From NCBI GenBank assembly GCA_964188305.1, contig OZ076885.1: a stretch of DNA of 64,000 bases; one strand, written 5' to 3'. The translations under genes and the position numbers were made by a program. Shown piece by piece: positions 59,640 to 64,000 of the stretch. The DNA comes from Podarcis bocagei (taxonomy: Eukaryota). Below the pieces are notes generated by a model, which saw only the letters and a list, made by a program, of their open reading frames with translations, was not told where the DNA came from and searched no databases. Positions within the stretch are counted from its first letter, which is position 1; every line of letters starts with the position of its first letter.

Positions 59640-59820
59640 TAAAGGTAAAGGGACCCCTGACCGTTAGGTCCAGTCGCAGACGACTCTGGGGTTGCGGCGC
59701 TCATCTCGCTTAATTGGCCGAGGGAGCCGGCATACAGCTTCCAGGTCATGTTGCCAGCATGACTAAGCTGCTTCTGGCGAACCAGAGCAGCGCACGGAAA
59801 CGTCGTTTACCTTTCCGCCA
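59640..59820 (-). mobile_element. Sauria SINE 3' fragment
   Basis: AAAGGTAAAGGGACCCCTGA...GGGAGCCGG...CAGCTTCC...GCCAGCATGACTAAG is the reverse of a Sauria SINE 3' end with an ACCTTT tail. Confidence 0.8.
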
Positions 59821-60809
59821 AAAGCCAGGTAGACCTTTGGCTGGATACAGATATTGCAGCCAACTGGAAGCTCTCCAGGGAGCGGGTCCTTATCAAACAC
59901 TTGTTTCTAAGCACTAGTTTTGGAGGCACTCGCTCAATGTGCAATGTTTGAAGAGGCCCTTAAGCAGCCTGGTTCCTTGACACGTTTAAGGGACAGGCTT
60001 GGCATGTCCAGCACAGCATGAGGGCTCAGGGCTTCCAAAGCACGCACCATCAGGGGCGAGAGAATGCCCCAGGGCCTGAGGTGGTGCGGAGCAGCTTATA
60101 TAGATAATAATTTTATTATTTATACCCCGCATATTGTGCTGGGTTGCCCCAGCCACTCTCCTTGTTGTGGCATGAGGAGAAGCAGTTTTTAAATAGATTC
60201 CTTGCCTGGTATTGGAGGCCGACTACCCACATGAGAATAAGCTCTGGTTGTTATTATTATTATTATTGTTTTAAATACTGGGACAGTGTGCTCAGAACAT
60301 GATCTCTTGAGGTGGAACCAGTCATAAGAAGTAAACAGGGCTGTTGATTCCCCGTTGCACTGACTGACCACGTTGCTCCCGATTGCTCTTGCCCCTTAGA
60401 ACTAGGGTGGACAGCCAGTGTGGCCCCCAGACCTCTCTACTTGGCCCTCAGAACTTTCCCCTAGCCAAGCCCCTCACCGGCCCTGCAATTCCCAAAGTGT
60501 TGTTGCCTGTCTGGAATATGTCCTTGAACTCTGGGAATGCCTCTTGCTTACCTGGATGGAGGACAGAGAAGTGTGTGTGAAGAGAGCGGGCTGCTGTACA
60601 AAGCTAATATTTACATTTGTTGCCCAGCCCACTTTTGCCTCTGGCTCCGCCCAGCACTAGCATGTGGTCCAGGGAAGGTTGTCCAGGAAGGAATGCAGCC
60701 CTCGGGCCCTCGAGGAACCTCAAGCCTTGTGAAGAAGAAAGAGGCAGTGCACTGAGGTTGAGGGTGGGGGGAGTTCTTTGCTGTACCACTTGGGACTGCA
60801 GGGGTGGAA

Positions 60810-60810
<1 letters not shown>

Positions 60811-60857
<47 letters not shown>

Positions 60858-61070
60858 TATACCCCGCCCATCCAGCTGGGTTTCCCCAGGCACTCTGGGT
60901 GGCTTGCAGCATATCTAAAACATAGCAAAACATCAAATATGAAAAACTTCTCGATACAGGGTTGTCTTCAGATGTCTTCTAAAAGTTATGTAGTTCCTTA
61001 TCTCCTTGGCATCTGAAGGGATGGCGTTCCACAGGGAGGGTGCCACTACCAAGAAGGCCTTCTGCCTGGT
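60811..61070 (-). mobile_element. L2 LINE 3' end with expanded (ATT)n tail
   Basis: (TTA)n 60811-60856 followed by TTTATACCCCGCCCATCCAGCTGGGTTTCCCCAG. Confidence 0.7.
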
Positions 61071-64000
61071 CTTACTTCTGAATGGTTTCTCTCATAAAAA
61101 TAGCTGATGATAGAAGAAGGCGAAGGGAGTTGTATTGCCTCTCCCCAATATGCCAGTTTAAAAAATCTGGCACCCCCTCCTGCTCGCAGTCTCTAGAATG
61201 CTGCCATCTCATTTTTGCAAACTAGGTAGAGCAGGAATTGCTTCCGCCCCTGTGTTTACATTCCTCCATTCGGCCCCATTCTTCATCAAAGCCTTCTTGT
61301 TTCCCTTCCTCTACCAAGCTTGACTCTCCCTACACACCTCCAGGATCTCATCCCTGCTCTCCTGTGGCTTCCCTCCTTCCCTCCCAGGCCAACCTTCTTC
61401 ATCAAACTTACATTTTGAACTTTGTGGGGCAGGATGCAACTTTCCTGTTTAGGAACGTGTTTAATAAGAGTAGAGGGAGACTTGCATTTCCAACTGAATC
61501 TGCACAGTCATATGGCATTAGTTTGGGGGATTGGGAGAAGACTTTGGTACAGGAAGACTCGGGGAATTTAGTGACGCTCTTGGATCTCCCTGAGGCTTCT
61601 GCCCTGAGCCCTGTGGTGACCTCCTATCTTGCTTACTCCCAGACTAACTCTGCATTGAGCCTCTGGGGTGGGGGGTTGGGGAAGAGGTGGGCAGGCCGTG
61701 GAGGAGGGGCGCTGCCTTTGTTAGCAGAAGCCGTTGGTGTGTGCCAGGTTCCCATGCCCCGGTGGGCGGTGCAAGTGCCAGCTCAGGGCAGCTATTGAGA
61801 GGTGTCTGAATAGGGGAGGATGGACTCCGGACCTGCCTTTCAGCCCTGACTTTTAGACTTTACAAAGGAGTCATTGCAGGCGGGAGGCATGGAATTGCAA
61901 ACTGCATACCAAATCGCTCGATGGGAATGGATTCAGGAGTGGGGGAAGCTCTCTGCCCTACATGCTAAGCAGCTGCTGAGCAGATATATTCTTCTCCGTC
62001 CCACCTGGGGGAGATGGGTGCACCCTCCAGATCTCAGCCAGATCGCCTAGCCTGCCAGCAACCTCGGCACATCGAGCTGCTGTTTCTGCCAGTCCTGGGC
62101 CCAAATGCTCTTACCTGCAGCATGGACTTAAGAACAGGGGCAAAGCAGTGCTCCATCTAGCTCTGTGATGGGCGAACCAGGCCTCTGTCAGGCTGCTATA
62201 TATGGCCACCGAACCCAAGGTAGCTTTGCTGCGCTTTCCTTCTTGCCATTATTGCCAAGGCATGGAAGGAGGTGCAATGAAGCAGAAGTGGGTGGAGAGA
62301 TGACACACCTCCAAGTCTGGGATTCAGTCTGGGAGATCTGGGTTGAAATCCTACCTTTGCCACGGGCCCGTTGTGTGGCTTTAGCCGCCTCCTTGTTGTT
62401 CGTCCTCAGTTCGCTGTGTTGCGGAATGGGAACAGCCTACCTCGTGGTAGTTGCGTAGAACAAAATATTGCAAAAGAGTTATTTTTAAATGAAAAGCACC
62501 CTGTGGGTGATATGTAATAACAGCAGCGAGGTCTCTGTTCCAGGTTGCCCGTCCTCATTGCCTCCCCCCCCCCCCGCAAGGATGCCAACCTCTCTCCACT
62601 TGTGAGAGGATCATTTCTACCTGTGCTTGGGAACAGGGTGGATTAACACTCTCCACCATGTGCTGGGTAAAGCAAGTTGGGTTGTGGGGAAGGGGATCCT
62701 CCCCCCCCCCATGTAGAGAGAATGAAAGGCAAAGGAGGGGCACTCCCAGATGGGGTCACCCACCCTGCCAGTTAGGATTACCCAGCAAAGTGCCGCTGGC
62801 GGGGAGCAAACAAGGAGCCTTTGTGTCCTCTGCCTGGTCTCCCAGCAGCCCAGCAGTGGGGTGGGAGGGGTGGGATCTTTGTGGCTGTGTGGTGCCTTGA
62901 AAGAGAATAAAGGAAGCCAGGAGACTCCACCGGTGGTGTCTTTCCCAGCAAAGGATGGGGCAGGACGAGTACGAGGTATGCAAAACAAGGAGGGGGACTA
63001 TCAGAGGAGAGCTCTGTGTCAGGAGAGCAGGATCCGACCCAAAGTGGGAAGCTTTCAGGCTATAATGCCTGGTAGGGTTTGGCGGGCGCTGGGGGCGTGA
63101 GGAAACCCCAAAGCTGGAGGATACAGGAGTGGGAGATGGCCACTTTCCACTCATCGAGCTGTGTGCTGCCTGTCCATCACAGTCCAAAACTGATGATGAA
63201 ATCCCCCACCCACCCTAGCCTGATCCAAACAGTTTTGCTCAGGCTTTTGCCTGCAATAATACCTCTTCCCCACCCCGCCTGTTCTGTGGCAGCCCTGCCT
63301 CCTCCTAAGGCAGCAGTGCCCTATAGGCCTGGGCAGCCTATGAGATTCAGGGGATGAGACTACAACAGGTAGGTGTTAGGCATTTCCTTGGCACTCATCG
63401 ATACAGCCACCATTCTCAGGCAGGAACGCAGGGGGGCTAATTGTAGGCATTTTTTTCTTGATCTGCTGAGGTAGCTCTGTCCTTCTCCATCCAGGCCAGC
63501 TTTGAGATCTTTGTTGCCTGGGCACAAAGATCAAGTTTCATGGTGCTTTCCCCCCAAAAATAGCAGTATTTCAGTATTTGGGACCTATTGCCTGGGGTCA
63601 GTGCCCCACTGTATGACTGTGCATGGCTTGAGACAAAAGCTGGCGTAAAGAGGTGTGCCTTCAGCATTCACCCAAAGCTGTGTAATGAAGATACCAGACT
63701 CACCTCTGTGGGGAGGGAGGCGCACAACTTAGGGGCTGCCACAGATAATGCCTTCTCTCTGCCCCCCCCCCAAGTTTTGAGGTAGGATGAGAACTTCCAT
63801 GCATTTACTGCATGTATAACACAGGGCTCCCATGATGTCTTTGGGGATCAGTTTCTGTGGGCAGCATCTTGCTGGAAGCAGTGTCAGAGCCTAGACTCAG
63901 AATTCTTCTTCTGAGTTCCTTCCAGCAGAAGTCTGGAGCGTGTCAACAAGAGACAAGGCCTTTTCAGTGGTGACTCCTCTCCTCACAACCCTTCATTCCC

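Noticed and set aside
61238-61798. 186-aa ORF in the ABCB6 intron
   Set aside because: No ABCB6 similarity; low complexity with a faint degenerate L2 RT-like stretch (LVTLLDL).

Overview
Vertebrate genomic DNA, most likely a lacertid-type lizard (inferred from a Sauria SINE with an ACCTTT-type tail, squamate-type L2/CR1 relics and MITEs). The window holds the conserved amniote gene block [STK16 first exon, inferred from synteny] <- | GLB1L -> <- ANKZF1 | ATG9A -> ABCB6 (partial) ->. I reconstructed all coding exons by hand: GLB1L 16 exons/630 aa, ANKZF1 15 exons/690 aa, ATG9A 14 exons/850 aa, and the first 3 coding exons of ABCB6. All are in frame. There are three CpG-island promoters, two of them bidirectional. 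I found no unknown protein-coding gene. The most notable signals are regulatory or splicing-related: three consensus NRF2/sMAF antioxidant-response elements confined to ABCB6, two of them flanking a Z-DNA-prone tract; a U12 AT-AC intron in ATG9A; a GC-AG intron in ANKZF1; an ATG9A overlapping uORF whose stop overlaps Met26; a possible alternative ATG9A C-terminus; abutting GLB1L/ANKZF1 3' ends; and several intact MITEs, including a hairpin-array foldback element.
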